Below, in pieces: positions 7,953 to 16,531 of a stretch of DNA of 42,658 bases (within the stretch, counting starts at the first letter, position 1; each line of letters starts with the position of its first letter). Source of the DNA: a virus; the UHGV virus genome UHGV-0147540, one strand, 5' to 3'. The notes beneath the pieces are model-generated. The model was not told the origin of the DNA, did no database searches, and was given only the letters and a program-made list of their open reading frames with translations. A program made the position numbers and the translations under genes.

Positions 7953-7974
7953 TTGGGGCCTCCAATAAGCAGAT

Positions 7975-8051
7975 TCTAAGGTTTGGTTTTAAAATTACAA
8001 GGTTTGGGTAGCCGCATTACAAACTTTGGTGTTGAAATAACAAGGCTTGAT
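7975..8051. repeat. Four phased direct repeats (acAAGGTTTGG-like) at 21-22 bp spacing, putative operator array
   Basis: AAGGTTTGG 7978, AAGGTTTGG 7999, AAACTTTGG 8021, AAGGCTTGA 8042. Confidence 0.6.
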
Positions 8052-8127
8052 TATAGACGCAGCACCTTTCAATCTGCTAAGATAGACCCATAGCAGATCG
8101 GTCTGTAAAGTTGTGGGTCTGCTATAA

Positions 8128-8172
8128 GGCCCCGTCACCTGTCGCATAGGCGACGGGGCCATCTTTTATTTT
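8128..8172. terminator. Intrinsic terminator
   Basis: ggccccgtc...gacggggcc stem followed by T-rich tract. Confidence 0.7.
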
Positions 8173-8330
8173 ATGCCAAAGATTTTCCCAATTTTGTTTC
8201 GCCTGCCGGATTTGGTTGTAGGTATTCCTGTGGCCTTTGCGATTTTACGTTTTGCCGCTGTAATGCCTGTTGCACGTTTCCAGCTAAAAGATAGGCCGGG
8301 GATTTTCAAGCTGCTTTTCTTCTTTGCCAT
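8166..8330 (-). CDS. Small basic protein (54 aa), not in the ORF track
   Basis: MAKKKSSLKIPGLSFSWKRATGITAAKRKIAKATGIPTTKSGRRNKIGKIFGIK; GAGGTGA RBS. Confidence 0.75.
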   Translation of the reverse strand: MAKKKSSLKIPGLSFSWKRATGITAAKRKIAKATGIPTTKSGRRNKIGKIFGIK

Positions 8331-8338
8331 ATCTCACC

Positions 8339-8767
8339 TCAATGGACGCATTTTTCGCAGGGGGTCAATCCCATTCCAATGGCAGTAGAATATGGGACTT
8401 CCCAATAAGTTCCACCATTACAACTTGAATCGTTGTGAAATTTTGAACCTGCGCGAGTGATATATGTGGGCTTTGATGATTCTGGATGCGTGAGGGCAAC
8501 GGTGCTGTTGGCCTCTTCCCATGCTACTTCAAGGCCAAGAGATTCCGCCAGAGCGCGGGCGGGGATATAGTTGGTGCCGCCGAACATGAACGGCTCCACG
8601 GTATTCCCCTTTGCATCTCGCAGATCAAGAACTTCTCCGTCCAGAGAAACCTTGATATCCCGGTATTCGATTTCCTTTTGAACTTTGCCATTGGTAGCCC
8701 CGGCGCTGCCTACCATCGCCAGAACAAGCAGTGTTGTCAAAACACCGGCAATGAAACCTTTTTTCAT
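8339..8767 (-). CDS. Secreted protein: signal peptide + copper-amine-oxidase-N (stalk)-like domain + C-terminal metal-binding motif
   Basis: MKKGFIAGVLTTLLVL signal; EPFMFGGTNYIPARALAESLGLEVAW; YITRAGSKFH...C...LTPCEKC. Confidence 0.75.
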   Translation of the reverse strand: MKKGFIAGVLTTLLVLAMVGSAGATNGKVQKEIEYRDIKVSLDGEVLDLRDAKGNTVEPFMFGGTNYIPARALAESLGLEVAWEEANSTVALTHPESSKPTYITRAGSKFHNDSSCNGGTYWEVPYSTAIGMGLTPCEKCVH

Positions 8768-8832
8768 TTTCCAATCCTCCAAATATAAAATAGGGCGTTC
8801 AGCCCGAAAAAACAATTAAAGGAGGGCGCAAC

Positions 8833-8967
8833 ATGACGCCGAGGAAAGAAACTGTTGATACACTCAGGAAAGAAATTGAACTTGTCCTTGCTCGGAATAA
8901 AAATGAAAACTATTTAAAAGCTCTCCTCGCGCGTGCCCTCATCCTTGAAAAACTACATAAGGAATAA
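8833..8967 (+). CDS. Small helical protein (44 aa) convergent on the repressor, not in the ORF track
   Basis: AAAGGAGG RBS; MTPRKETVDTLRKEIELVLARNKNENYLKALLARALILEKLHKE. Confidence 0.6.
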   Translation: MTPRKETVDTLRKEIELVLARNKNENYLKALLARALILEKLHKE

Positions 8968-8969
8968 TC

Positions 8970-9003
8970 AATAAGGCCCCGGGAACCGGGGCCTTATTTT
9001 TTT
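8970..9003. terminator. Bidirectional terminator
   Basis: aataaggccccgg-gaa-ccggggccttatt followed by T-tract. Confidence 0.75.
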
Positions 9004-9362
9004 GTGAAGCCGTCTATCAGTTTTCTGATGGCGGCTTTTTCGTCGTCATCCATAAGCCAATATGCCTTTATAATCCGCTTAATTAGATCATCGTCTGACA
9101 TATGAATCCGTTCCATAACTTCAAGGAACTCTTCGTCCTCGTCCTTCTGGGTATGAGGCTCGCCTTCGCCGGTGCGTAGCCAAAGCTCAGAGATATTAAA
9201 TTCTCGGCAAATATCGGCAATGGTGCGGTCGCTGGGCACTTTTTCACCAGAAACTAGCCTAGAAATAAAGGACTGCGAAACATTGATTTTCTCTGCAAAA
9301 GCGGTCTTTGTTAGTTTGCTGTCCTTTACACACCACGCAATTCTATCATTGATAGCCTCCAC
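8994..9362 (-). CDS. CI-like phage repressor (XRE HTH, no S24 peptidase domain)
   Basis: LTKTAFAEKINVSQSFISRLVSGEKVPSDRTIADICREFNISELWLRTGEG; divergent from the early operon. Confidence 0.85.
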   Translation of the reverse strand: MEAINDRIAWCVKDSKLTKTAFAEKINVSQSFISRLVSGEKVPSDRTIADICREFNISELWLRTGEGEPHTQKDEDEEFLEVMERIHMSDDDLIKRIIKAYWLMDDDEKAAIRKLIDGFTKK

Positions 9363-9387
9363 TTTTCATCCCTCCTGTCTGCCACCT

Positions 9388-9489
9388 ATTAAATCACAAA
9401 GGGGGAAAGAAGTCAAGAAAAAAATATGACCCAGACATAAAAAGTACTTGACATGTTGCCTTGGGCATGATATATTATGTCCAAGGCAA
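9388..9489. promoter_or_regulatory. Lysis/lysogeny switch: divergent promoters and three operators
   Basis: Leftward TTGACT-17-TTTAAT (9416-9388); rightward TTGACA-17-TATATT (9448-9476); operators ATGACCCAGACAT 9426, TTGCCTTGGGCAT 9456, ATGTCCAAGGCAA 9477. Confidence 0.75.
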
Positions 9490-9504
9490 AGAGGAGGTGA
9501 GACG

Positions 9505-9684
9505 ATGCCTGTATATGACACCAGCAAACTCGCAGATGCCCAGACTGTGGCAGAGAATCTAGCGGGTCTCCCCAAAGAAGCGTTACTTTATATCGCTGGG
9601 TATGCAGAGGGCGTTCGAGATAAGCCTAAACGCCGAAAAAAGGTCCAGCAGAAGGCCAATGAAGAAAAAGAAGCCCTCCCCTGA
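9505..9684 (+). CDS. First early gene (Cro position), small protein
   Basis: GAGGAGGTGA RBS; LAGLPKEALLYIAGYAEG. Confidence 0.7.
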   Translation: MPVYDTSKLADAQTVAENLAGLPKEALLYIAGYAEGVRDKPKRRKKVQQKANEEKEALP

Positions 9685-9714
9685 CGGGGCGGGGAATAAG
9701 GAGGTGGTGGTTTT

Positions 9715-9825
9715 ATGCGAGAAAGAAAGCCTGGGTGTTGGCACGACATTCTCCCTAATGTGTCGATTGTTGTGTCTGTTGTTGCGGTTGTCCTTGCGGC
9801 AGCGGCTCTGGCTGCCCGGATGTAA
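9715..9825 (+). CDS. Small hydrophobic peptide (36 aa), not in the ORF track
   Basis: AAGGAGGTG RBS; MRERKPGCWHDILPNVSIVVSVVAVVLAAAALAARM. Confidence 0.55.
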   Translation: MRERKPGCWHDILPNVSIVVSVVAVVLAAAALAARM

Positions 9826-10120
9826 GTAGCCCGATCAATGAGATCAGGATTGCAATAGCGGACAAAATCAGCGCAATGGTTGCCTTTATGTCGCTCCTCC
9901 AGGCTCGCTTGTGCTCAAGCAAAGCGGACTCCCCGGTTGGAGTAATCCGGTACTGTTCTTCTAGATGAACGATTTCGTTTATGTAGTTCAGTTCTAATAA
10001 GTGTCCTATATTCAAAGAGGCAACAGCAATCCCATAGGCGGAAAGGCTTGACTTAGAGACCCACTTCCCGTCTTCAGATTGCAAAGCTTTTAGAAACCTG
10101 CGCGTTTTTGGATCAAGCAT
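9755..10120 (-). CDS. Moron: winged-helix-like protein with C-terminal TM helix
   Basis: YRITPTGESAL wHTH end, TM IALILSAIAILISLIGLL; own TGtTATAAT (10152-10147) and GGAGG RBS. Confidence 0.7.
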   Translation of the reverse strand: MLDPKTRRFLKALQSEDGKWVSKSSLSAYGIAVASLNIGHLLELNYINEIVHLEEQYRITPTGESALLEHKRAWRSDIKATIALILSAIAILISLIGLLTSGQPEPLPQGQPQQQTQQSTH

Positions 10121-10307
10121 AGTGTTGCCTCCTCTCCCCTTGCCCCATTATAACACAAGCGAAGACTGGAACACAATAAAAAGCGCCCCGCCAGGTGTTA
10201 CGAGCACCCAGCGAGGCAGCAAACCTAATTGAAGCCGCCAATCAGGCTTGCAGGAAGATTATACCACATCCTCCTTCAAGCCGCAAGTAAAAGGAGGATT
10301 TTTGCTC

Positions 10308-10499
10308 GTGAACAAAAATGACAAGCTTTCCGATTTAGTCCGGCAGAATCATAATTCCCTCAAACTTACCAGCGAGGCCGTGAAGGCCCTGACTGGGAAA
10401 CCACTGGAATGGTTTATTGAAGCGGTAGGGAACAGAAATGAGGTGAAAGAAGATGGGAACAAGCTCAACCCAGACACATACGACAACAAAAAACAGTAA
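10308..10499 (+). CDS. Hypothetical early protein
   Basis: AAGGAGG RBS before GTG. Confidence 0.6.
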   Translation: MNKNDKLSDLVRQNHNSLKLTSEAVKALTGKPLEWFIEAVGNRNEVKEDGNKLNPDTYDNKKQ

Positions 10500-10512
10500 G
10501 GAGGGCGCACAT

Positions 10513-10638
10513 ATGGAGTCTGAGAAAAAAGTAGAAAAGAAGATCCTCAAAGAAGAGCACTTGGATTACCTAATCGAATTGTGGCTGAAATACCACAATG
10601 AAACCGCTGTAGAAATCAAAAAAATCTATGTTGCATAA
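10513..10638 (+). CDS. Hypothetical early protein
   Basis: AAGGAGG RBS. Confidence 0.55.
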   Translation: MESEKKVEKKILKEEHLDYLIELWLKYHNETAVEIKKIYVA

Positions 10639-10688
10639 GAAAGCCCCGCTTGTCTAGCACCAAGCGGGGCACGGAAGAGGTACACGAA

Positions 10689-11312
10689 ATGGAACGCATA
10701 CCATCACACAGCAGGGATTATACCACAAGGCGGTGGGTGCCGTCAAGCGCAGTGCGGGACCTCATCCTTACCGGTATTGCCACTGGGATTTGTCTTGCGG
10801 CCTGCTGCGGAGTCCACGCGCTGGACGCGGGCCCGGACATCGCCCACACGCTGGACAAGCACCCCGGCGGGCCTGTGCTGGTACGTGAGCTGATGGAGGC
10901 AGAGCTTATCAACCCCACTCCATTATCGGACGAGCTGTACATAGTCCTGCTGGATGCCTGCGAGGATAGCGGCGTAGAGGTGCCGCTTGCGCTTGGCGTG
11001 ATCGAGGTGGAGAGTGGTTTTGATGTGGACGCGATCGGTCCGGACGGCAAAGATATCGGGCTCTATCAGATCAGGACCAGCAACCACGCATGGCTGACAT
11101 CGGAGACCGGAGCGGACCCTATGACGCCTGCAGGCAACATTGAGTGCGGCGTGTGGATGCTAGGGTATCTGCTGGGCCGCTATGAGACCCAGGACGCGGC
11201 CCTTACGGCTTATCGGTGGGGCCATGACAATGGGAAAAGGACATATGCAGCCGCCGTCTTTGAGGCGGCTGAGAAATGGAGGAGCGCATTATGGCCGGAA
11301 ATTTTAGGATAA
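10689..11312 (+). CDS. Membrane-anchored lytic transglycosylase (SLT domain)
   Basis: LGVIEVESGF catalytic Glu, IGLYQI, NIECGVWML, ALTAYRWG; N-terminal hydrophobic segment. Confidence 0.85.
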   Translation: MERIPSHSRDYTTRRWVPSSAVRDLILTGIATGICLAACCGVHALDAGPDIAHTLDKHPGGPVLVRELMEAELINPTPLSDELYIVLLDACEDSGVEVPLALGVIEVESGFDVDAIGPDGKDIGLYQIRTSNHAWLTSETGADPMTPAGNIECGVWMLGYLLGRYETQDAALTAYRWGHDNGKRTYAAAVFEAAEKWRSALWPEILG

Positions 11313-11812
11313 CTTTGGCCTTTCTAAAAGAGCTTGGGGCGTGCCGAGACGGGCAGCGTGAGTTCGACAAAGCGTTTCCCGATGGTGCTGGATACCAGGA
11401 GACGCTTGACAAGTGCGCTGATGAGGGGCGTGTTGATTTTGGCGAATGGCTATTGCATAAGCTGGGCCCTACAGACGATGTGCGCGTCTACCAGGAGCCG
11501 ATTAATGACCGCAATCGAGTTATTATTTTTGCGGGCCGAATCGAGTTTAAGGGAGATGTTGATGTAAAACATATTTTGGCTGGCCGGGGCATCAGGGCTG
11601 GCCGGGACATCAGGGCTGGCGATGGCATCAAGGCTGGCTGTGGCATCGAGGCTGGCGAGGGCATCGAGGCTGGCGGTGGATACGGGATTTTCGCCGGGAT
11701 TCGCGTCAAAATCGAGCTATGGTCTAGCCTTGCGATTGTTGAGGCAAACACTAAGCCAATAAATCTTATTTCTGGGCATTGGGTGGGACCAAATTCCACA
11801 GAAAATGGGTGA
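11291..11812 (+). CDS. Hexapeptide-repeat (GIxAGx) beta-helix protein
   Basis: LKELGACRDG N-terminus; 18-nt tandem repeats ~11579-11680 encoding GIRAGR/GIEAGE. Confidence 0.75.
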   Translation: MAGNFRITLAFLKELGACRDGQREFDKAFPDGAGYQETLDKCADEGRVDFGEWLLHKLGPTDDVRVYQEPINDRNRVIIFAGRIEFKGDVDVKHILAGRGIRAGRDIRAGDGIKAGCGIEAGEGIEAGGGYGIFAGIRVKIELWSSLAIVEANTKPINLISGHWVGPNSTENG

Positions 11813-11816
11813 TCAT

Positions 11817-12110
11817 ATGTCAACACAGATTACGAGAGGAACCCGAAGAGAAGGGTATAATCGAGCACTGTCCACGATCACGCCGCGCCAAGCCCTCATT
11901 ATCTCGGCACTCAGGACGGGGCCGATGACTGCGGCTGAGGTAGCGGACAAGCTGGGGTTTGGAGACCTCAATGCGGTTCGGCCACGACTCAATGAGTTGG
12001 AAAAGATGGAGGTCGTGCATGTAATAGATAAGCGGATCAACCCGCACAGCGGCGTAAACAATGCGGTGTACGAGCTAAAAAGGGAGGCCAAAGAATGCTG
12101 CATCCAATAA
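11817..12110 (+). CDS. Winged-helix DNA-binding protein
   Basis: GPMTAAEVADKLG...NAVRPRLNELEK. Confidence 0.75.
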   Translation: MSTQITRGTRREGYNRALSTITPRQALIISALRTGPMTAAEVADKLGFGDLNAVRPRLNELEKMEVVHVIDKRINPHSGVNNAVYELKREAKECCIQ

Positions 12111-12367
12111 TGGACGATCCGCAAGACCGCAGCGCAGAGGCCTATTGCCAACATTGTGGAGCGGAACTTTGGGGCAGCGAAGCGGAACAGGACTGCGCAG
12201 GTAAAACCTTATGCTCCCAATGTCGGGAAGATATAGCCGACACGGAGCACCGGAAAGAAATTATCACAGCAGTTTTGGAGGCAGCAGACCGTGAAAACAA
12301 AAAGTATTTGTCTGATGATGTGTGCGACATCATCTGGAACAGGCTGGTTTCTAAATTTGGAATATAG
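12095..12367 (+). CDS. Zinc-finger hypothetical protein
   Basis: CQHCG...CSQC. Confidence 0.65.
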   Translation: MLHPIMDDPQDRSAEAYCQHCGAELWGSEAEQDCAGKTLCSQCREDIADTEHRKEIITAVLEAADRENKKYLSDDVCDIIWNRLVSKFGI

Positions 12368-12376
12368 GAGGCCAAA

Positions 12377-12973
12377 TTGAATATTTACGAAAAAATTGCC
12401 TCCATTATGGGGGATATCCAGTACCTTGCAAAGGACGATAGGGTGGAGTTTAACAAGACCAGTTATCGCGCACTGTCAGAAGAAAAAGTCACCTCTATCA
12501 TGCGGGCGGAGCTGTTGAAGCACAAATTGATCGTGTACCCAGTGGCCCAGATCACGAACCGTGCGGGCACGATTACCCACGTGGATGTGACATATCGGAT
12601 GGTCAATGTGGAGGACCCCAAGGAATACATAGAGATCGCCTCTTGCGGAGACGGCGCGGACACGCAGGATAAGGGTAGCGGCAAGGCGATGACGTATGCC
12701 TTTAAGTACATGTGGCTCAGGACATTTGCTTTGCCGACTGGAGAGGACCCTGACAAGATTTCCAGCGCGGAATTAGATGCGAAACAGGCAAATATACAGC
12801 CTCCAGGGCCTCCTTGCGCGGACTGTGGGAAAGAGATTATGCCATACAACGATGGTAAGAGAGCCATCACCGCCGCAGAAATGGCAGCTCGATCCACGGA
12901 GATGTTTGGGCGAGCGCTATGTGCTAAGTGCTCCAAGGCGGAGGGGCGGAGAAGGGCGGATGCTGGCGCATGA
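12377..12973 (+). CDS. ERF-family single-strand annealing protein
   Basis: GDGADTQDKGSGKAMTYAFKYMWLRTFALPTGEDPD ERF motif; C-terminal Zn finger. Confidence 0.85.
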   Translation: MNIYEKIASIMGDIQYLAKDDRVEFNKTSYRALSEEKVTSIMRAELLKHKLIVYPVAQITNRAGTITHVDVTYRMVNVEDPKEYIEIASCGDGADTQDKGSGKAMTYAFKYMWLRTFALPTGEDPDKISSAELDAKQANIQPPGPPCADCGKEIMPYNDGKRAITAAEMAARSTEMFGRALCAKCSKAEGRRRADAGA

Positions 12974-13500
12974 TACTGACCTGTGACAAGGCCCGTTGGT
13001 ATGAGGACAGTGAGGGGTTTTGGGCGGCGTTCCGCACACGGGACCGGGCATCAGCCGCCAAGATTGCCGAGCAGATGGACGGCGCTTGGGTAGTGGAGGC
13101 CCGAAAACAGCCCCGTAGGCGCAGCCTAGACGCTAACGCCTACCTGTGGGTGCTGCTGGACAAACTTGCGGCGGCACTGGGACAGACCAAGGAGGAGCTG
13201 TACCGGGGCTTTATCCGGGAGATTGGTGTCTTCCGGGATTTCCACCTTGCGCCGGAAGAGGCGGCAACCTTTGAGGTGGCATGGTCCCGTCTAGGAACCG
13301 GGTGGGTCACGGAGCAGGTGGACTACACCAGCGATGGGGAGCAGGTGGTGATCCGGGCCTATTACGGCAGCAGTCAATACAACGCCAAGCAGATGACCCG
13401 CCTCATCCGCAGCGTGGTAGAGGAGTGCAAAGCACAAAACATAGAAACTATGACACCGGAGGAGCTGGCTGGTCTGATGGACCGCCATGGAGGTGGTTAA
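12970..13500 (+). CDS. NinB/Orf-like recombination accessory protein
   Basis: RRSLDANAYLWVLLDKLA...GSSQYNAKQMTRLI. Confidence 0.65.
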   Translation: MILTCDKARWYEDSEGFWAAFRTRDRASAAKIAEQMDGAWVVEARKQPRRRSLDANAYLWVLLDKLAAALGQTKEELYRGFIREIGVFRDFHLAPEEAATFEVAWSRLGTGWVTEQVDYTSDGEQVVIRAYYGSSQYNAKQMTRLIRSVVEECKAQNIETMTPEELAGLMDRHGGG

Positions 13501-13502
13501 GA

Positions 13503-13790
13503 ATGACTGATAGCATCTTACAAGACACCCATGAATGTTACATCACGGGTGCGGCAGAAGGGTTGCATCGTCATCATTAGCATATTTATTTCGGCAATCC
13601 TAACCGCAAAATCAGCGAGGCAAACGGGTTCTGGGTATGGCTTCGTTGGGACTGGCACAATGGTACCGAGTATGGAGTGCATTTTAACAGAGACTTGGAC
13701 TTAAAACTTAAGCGGGAGTGCCAAGAGAAATACGAGGAGACACACAGTCGGGAAGAATTTCGAAAACTGATCGGGAAAAGTTACTTATAG
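13503..13790 (+). pseudogene. Small HNH-like/Zn phage protein interrupted by an in-frame TAG at 13578
   Basis: MTDSILQDTHECYITG..GLHRHH*HIYFGNPNRKISEANGFWVWLRWDWHNG...FRKLIGKSYL; both halves in one frame. Confidence 0.7.
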
Positions 13791-13801
13791 GAGGACGAAG
13801 C

Positions 13802-14215
13802 ATGCTCAACAAAATTTTTATCATGGGGCGGCTCACCAGAGACCCGGAACTACGGCAGACGCAAACCGGGACCGCAGTGGCATCATTTACTCTAGCCGTG
13901 GACCGGGACTTCAAGGACAAGGAGACCGGGGAGAAAAAGGCGGACTTCATCAATGTGGTTGCCTGGCGCTCCACCGCCGAGTTTGTCTCCCGGTATTTCA
14001 CCAAGGGCCGTATGGCCGTCGTGGAAGGCCGTCTCCAGATCCGGGATTACACGGACCGGAACGGCAATAAGCGCACCGCCGCAGAGGTAGTGGCCGACAA
14101 CGTCTATTTTGGTGACTCCAAGCGGGACGCCGATGGCGGCGGCTATGCCGCGCCTCAACAGCCTGGAGACGGATTCGCTGAGCTTGAGGACGATGACGGC
14201 GATCTCCCCTTTTAA
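13802..14215 (+). CDS. ssb: Single-stranded DNA-binding protein
   Basis: MLNKIFIMGRLTRDPELR...acidic tail DDDGDLPF. Confidence 0.95.
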   Translation: MLNKIFIMGRLTRDPELRQTQTGTAVASFTLAVDRDFKDKETGEKKADFINVVAWRSTAEFVSRYFTKGRMAVVEGRLQIRDYTDRNGNKRTAAEVVADNVYFGDSKRDADGGGYAAPQQPGDGFAELEDDDGDLPF

Positions 14216-14230
14216 GGGGGTACCGAGATC

Positions 14231-15130
14231 ATGGCGGGAAAACCGAAGACCGGGCTTGACTATGCCGGGTGGTCGGTGAATCTCTTTGACGGCGACACAA
14301 AGATCGACAAGCTCCTGGACGCACAGGGCTGGACCGGGTTCGGCATTTATTTTTACCTGTGCCAGATGGCTTACAAATTTGACGGATACTTCTACCGTTG
14401 GGCTTATGACGATTCTGCATCCACCGCAAGGCGGATGGGGGGCGGCATTGGGTCCGGGACCGTTGAGGAGACGGTGAGATACTGCTTGCAAATTGGTCTC
14501 TTTGATCAGGGGCTGTTTGACGGGTGGGGCATCTTAACGAGTAGAGGTATACAGAGGCGATTCTACGCCGCGATCCAGGAGCGGCGCAGAAAAGCCGTCA
14601 TATCAGATTACTGGCTCCTTAACGATGAAGAATCGAGGGGTCTGGAAAAGTGCGCCTCATATGAGAATGCGCCACCTGCAAATGAGCATTTGCCACCGGC
14701 GGATGGTCATTTGCCCCAGGCAAATGCCTATAAAAGTAAAGTAAAGGAAAGTAAAGGAGAGGAGGTACGCGCGTGCGCGCGTAAGGACCCTGATATCGCT
14801 CATGTGTTTGGTTACTATTTTGACCACATCTGCCCCCAGATGACCCAAAGGGCAGCGGATGAGTTGAAGGCATATATCAGCGCTATGGGGCCTGAATGCT
14901 GCATTCGCGGGATGGACGAGGCCATCGAGGGCGGTGTATTGACTTGGAAATATGTAAAAGGCGTACTGGACGCCAAGCGGAAGCAGGGTGTGAAGAGCAT
15001 GGAGGACTGGGACGAGCTGGAGAAGCGGAGAAATCAGACAGAACCGCCCACAGCTCCGCCGCGCCCTGCAAAGAGATATCAGACGGTGGAGATCGATGGG
15101 AAGCTGGTAGATGTAGAGGTGAAAGCATGA
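14231..15130 (+). CDS. Phage replication initiator (DUF4373-like N-terminus, DnaD-like C-terminus)
   Basis: GLDY...GFGIYFYL...ILTSRGIQRRF; WKYVKGVL..GVKSMED; upstream of helicase. Confidence 0.8.
   Translation: MAGKPKTGLDYAGWSVNLFDGDTKIDKLLDAQGWTGFGIYFYLCQMAYKFDGYFYRWAYDDSASTARRMGGGIGSGTVEETVRYCLQIGLFDQGLFDGWGILTSRGIQRRFYAAIQERRRKAVISDYWLLNDEESRGLEKCASYENAPPANEHLPPADGHLPQANAYKSKVKESKGEEVRACARKDPDIAHVFGYYFDHICPQMTQRAADELKAYISAMGPECCIRGMDEAIEGGVLTWKYVKGVLDAKRKQGVKSMEDWDELEKRRNQTEPPTAPPRPAKRYQTVEIDGKLVDVEVKA
14668..14760. repeat. Putative replication origin: three 21-bp iterons plus A-rich tract inside the initiator gene
   Basis: GCCACCTGCAAATG 14671, GCCACCGGCGGATG 14692, GCCCCAGGCAAATG 14713, then AAAGTAAAGTAAAGGAAAGTAAAG. 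Confidence 0.6.
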
Positions 15131-16392
15131 AACAGGGCATATCGCCCGACGTATCGCTTGCCGGGTCCATCCTGATCGACCCCAGGTGTCTGGATGAGGT
15201 GCGGCGGACGATTACGCCGGAGATGTTCGGGGACCGGCGGTGCCGGGCCATCTACGAGGCCGCCTGCGAGCTTTCCGACGAGGGAGCGACGGTAGACCCC
15301 GTGACGATCCGGAGCCGGGCGGCGGAGTGGGACGACGCCTTCTCGCAGCAGGCCATGGAGATCACGTTGACGGCGGCCAATGTGGGGGCATACTGTGAGG
15401 CGCTGCATACGGAGTTTCTGCGCCGGGAGCTGCTGGCGGGCATACAGGAGCGGGCGGACGCCCTGCTGGCGGGCCATGACCCGCTGGGAGAGGCGACGGA
15501 GCTGCTGACGCTGACGGAGCGCATCGCAGAGGGCAGCTACGACGCCGGAGTGGTATCGGCGCGGGAGGCGGCTGCGGAACTTCTGGAGGACCTGGACCGT
15601 GTAGATGAGGGGTATCGGGCCTTCGTGGAGACCGGAATTTCGGATCTTGACCGCATCCTGGGGGGCGGTCTGATCCGGGAGGGACTGTATATCCTGGCCG
15701 CCCGGCCTGGCTGCGGAAAAACCACGCTGGCCGCAGCGCTGGCGGAACGGATGCTGGAAAGGGGGAGGCGAATCCTTTTTATCAGCCTGGAGATGTCAAG
15801 AAAGCAGCTCATGGCCCGCAGGGTGGCGGCGGATGTGGGGCGTGCCACGGCGGCCCAGATCCTGCGGGGAGAACTGTCGGAGGAGGAGCGGAAAGCCGTG
15901 GGGGAAAGCCTCGTGAAGCTCGCCAAACGGCCATTGTTTTTTAACAGAAGGGCCTCCCTGAACACCTCTGAAATTCAGTTCCTCGCCAAACAGAACCGGG
16001 CGGATGTGGTGATCATCGACTACCTGGGACTGATGAAGCACGACGCAGGTAAGAGTCTTTATGAGCGAGTCACTGGCACAAGTAATCAGCTCAAGCGGAT
16101 GGCGCGGGGCCTGGAGACGCCAGTTCTATGTCTGGCACAGCTCAATCGGGGAGTAGAGGGGCGGCAAAACCAGGAGCCGCGACTTTCCGATTTGCGGGAC
16201 AGCGGAGCCATAGAGCAGGATGCGGACGGTGTACTGCTCATACACAGGCCGGCGATAGAGGATGCGGACGAATACGGTCCCACTCCCATGGAGGTCACAG
16301 TGGCGAAGAACCGCCACGGCAGGACGGGGAAAATTGAGCTCAACTGGTACATGAGGAGCGGACGAATACTGGAGGTGCGCCACCGTGGATAA
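15127..16392 (+). CDS. dnaB: Replicative DNA helicase, DnaB family
   Basis: Walker A AARPGCGKT, ISLEMS, IIDYLGL, LAQLNR, DLRDSGAIEQDAD, KNRHG. Confidence 0.95.
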   Translation: MKQGISPDVSLAGSILIDPRCLDEVRRTITPEMFGDRRCRAIYEAACELSDEGATVDPVTIRSRAAEWDDAFSQQAMEITLTAANVGAYCEALHTEFLRRELLAGIQERADALLAGHDPLGEATELLTLTERIAEGSYDAGVVSAREAAAELLEDLDRVDEGYRAFVETGISDLDRILGGGLIREGLYILAARPGCGKTTLAAALAERMLERGRRILFISLEMSRKQLMARRVAADVGRATAAQILRGELSEEERKAVGESLVKLAKRPLFFNRRASLNTSEIQFLAKQNRADVVIIDYLGLMKHDAGKSLYERVTGTSNQLKRMARGLETPVLCLAQLNRGVEGRQNQEPRLSDLRDSGAIEQDADGVLLIHRPAIEDADEYGPTPMEVTVAKNRHGRTGKIELNWYMRSGRILEVRHRG

Positions 16393-16531
16393 GAGAGGGG
16401 CAAGGGCGATCCTGAAAGGGATGGAGATGAAATATCGGGCCATGATCGGAATTGGGTCTGATTTTGACGAGATATATGCGCAGTTTGTGGAGGCGCTGGA
16501 AATGGCGGGAAGGGCTCTGGACCATGATTAA
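16385..16531 (+). CDS. Hypothetical protein (48 aa), not in the ORF track
   Basis: GGAGG RBS, GTG start, overlaps both neighbours. Confidence 0.5.
   Translation: MDKRGARAILKGMEMKYRAMIGIGSDFDEIYAQFVEALEMAGRALDHD

Noticed and set aside
11579..11680. 18-nt tandem repeat as a non-coding array
   Set aside because: It is in frame and encodes GIxAGx hexapeptide repeats
13578..13580. Genome-wide TAG recoding
   Set aside because: Many intact genes (e.g. ends at 5442, 12367, 25378) use TAG as a normal stop, and no suppressor tRNA is evident
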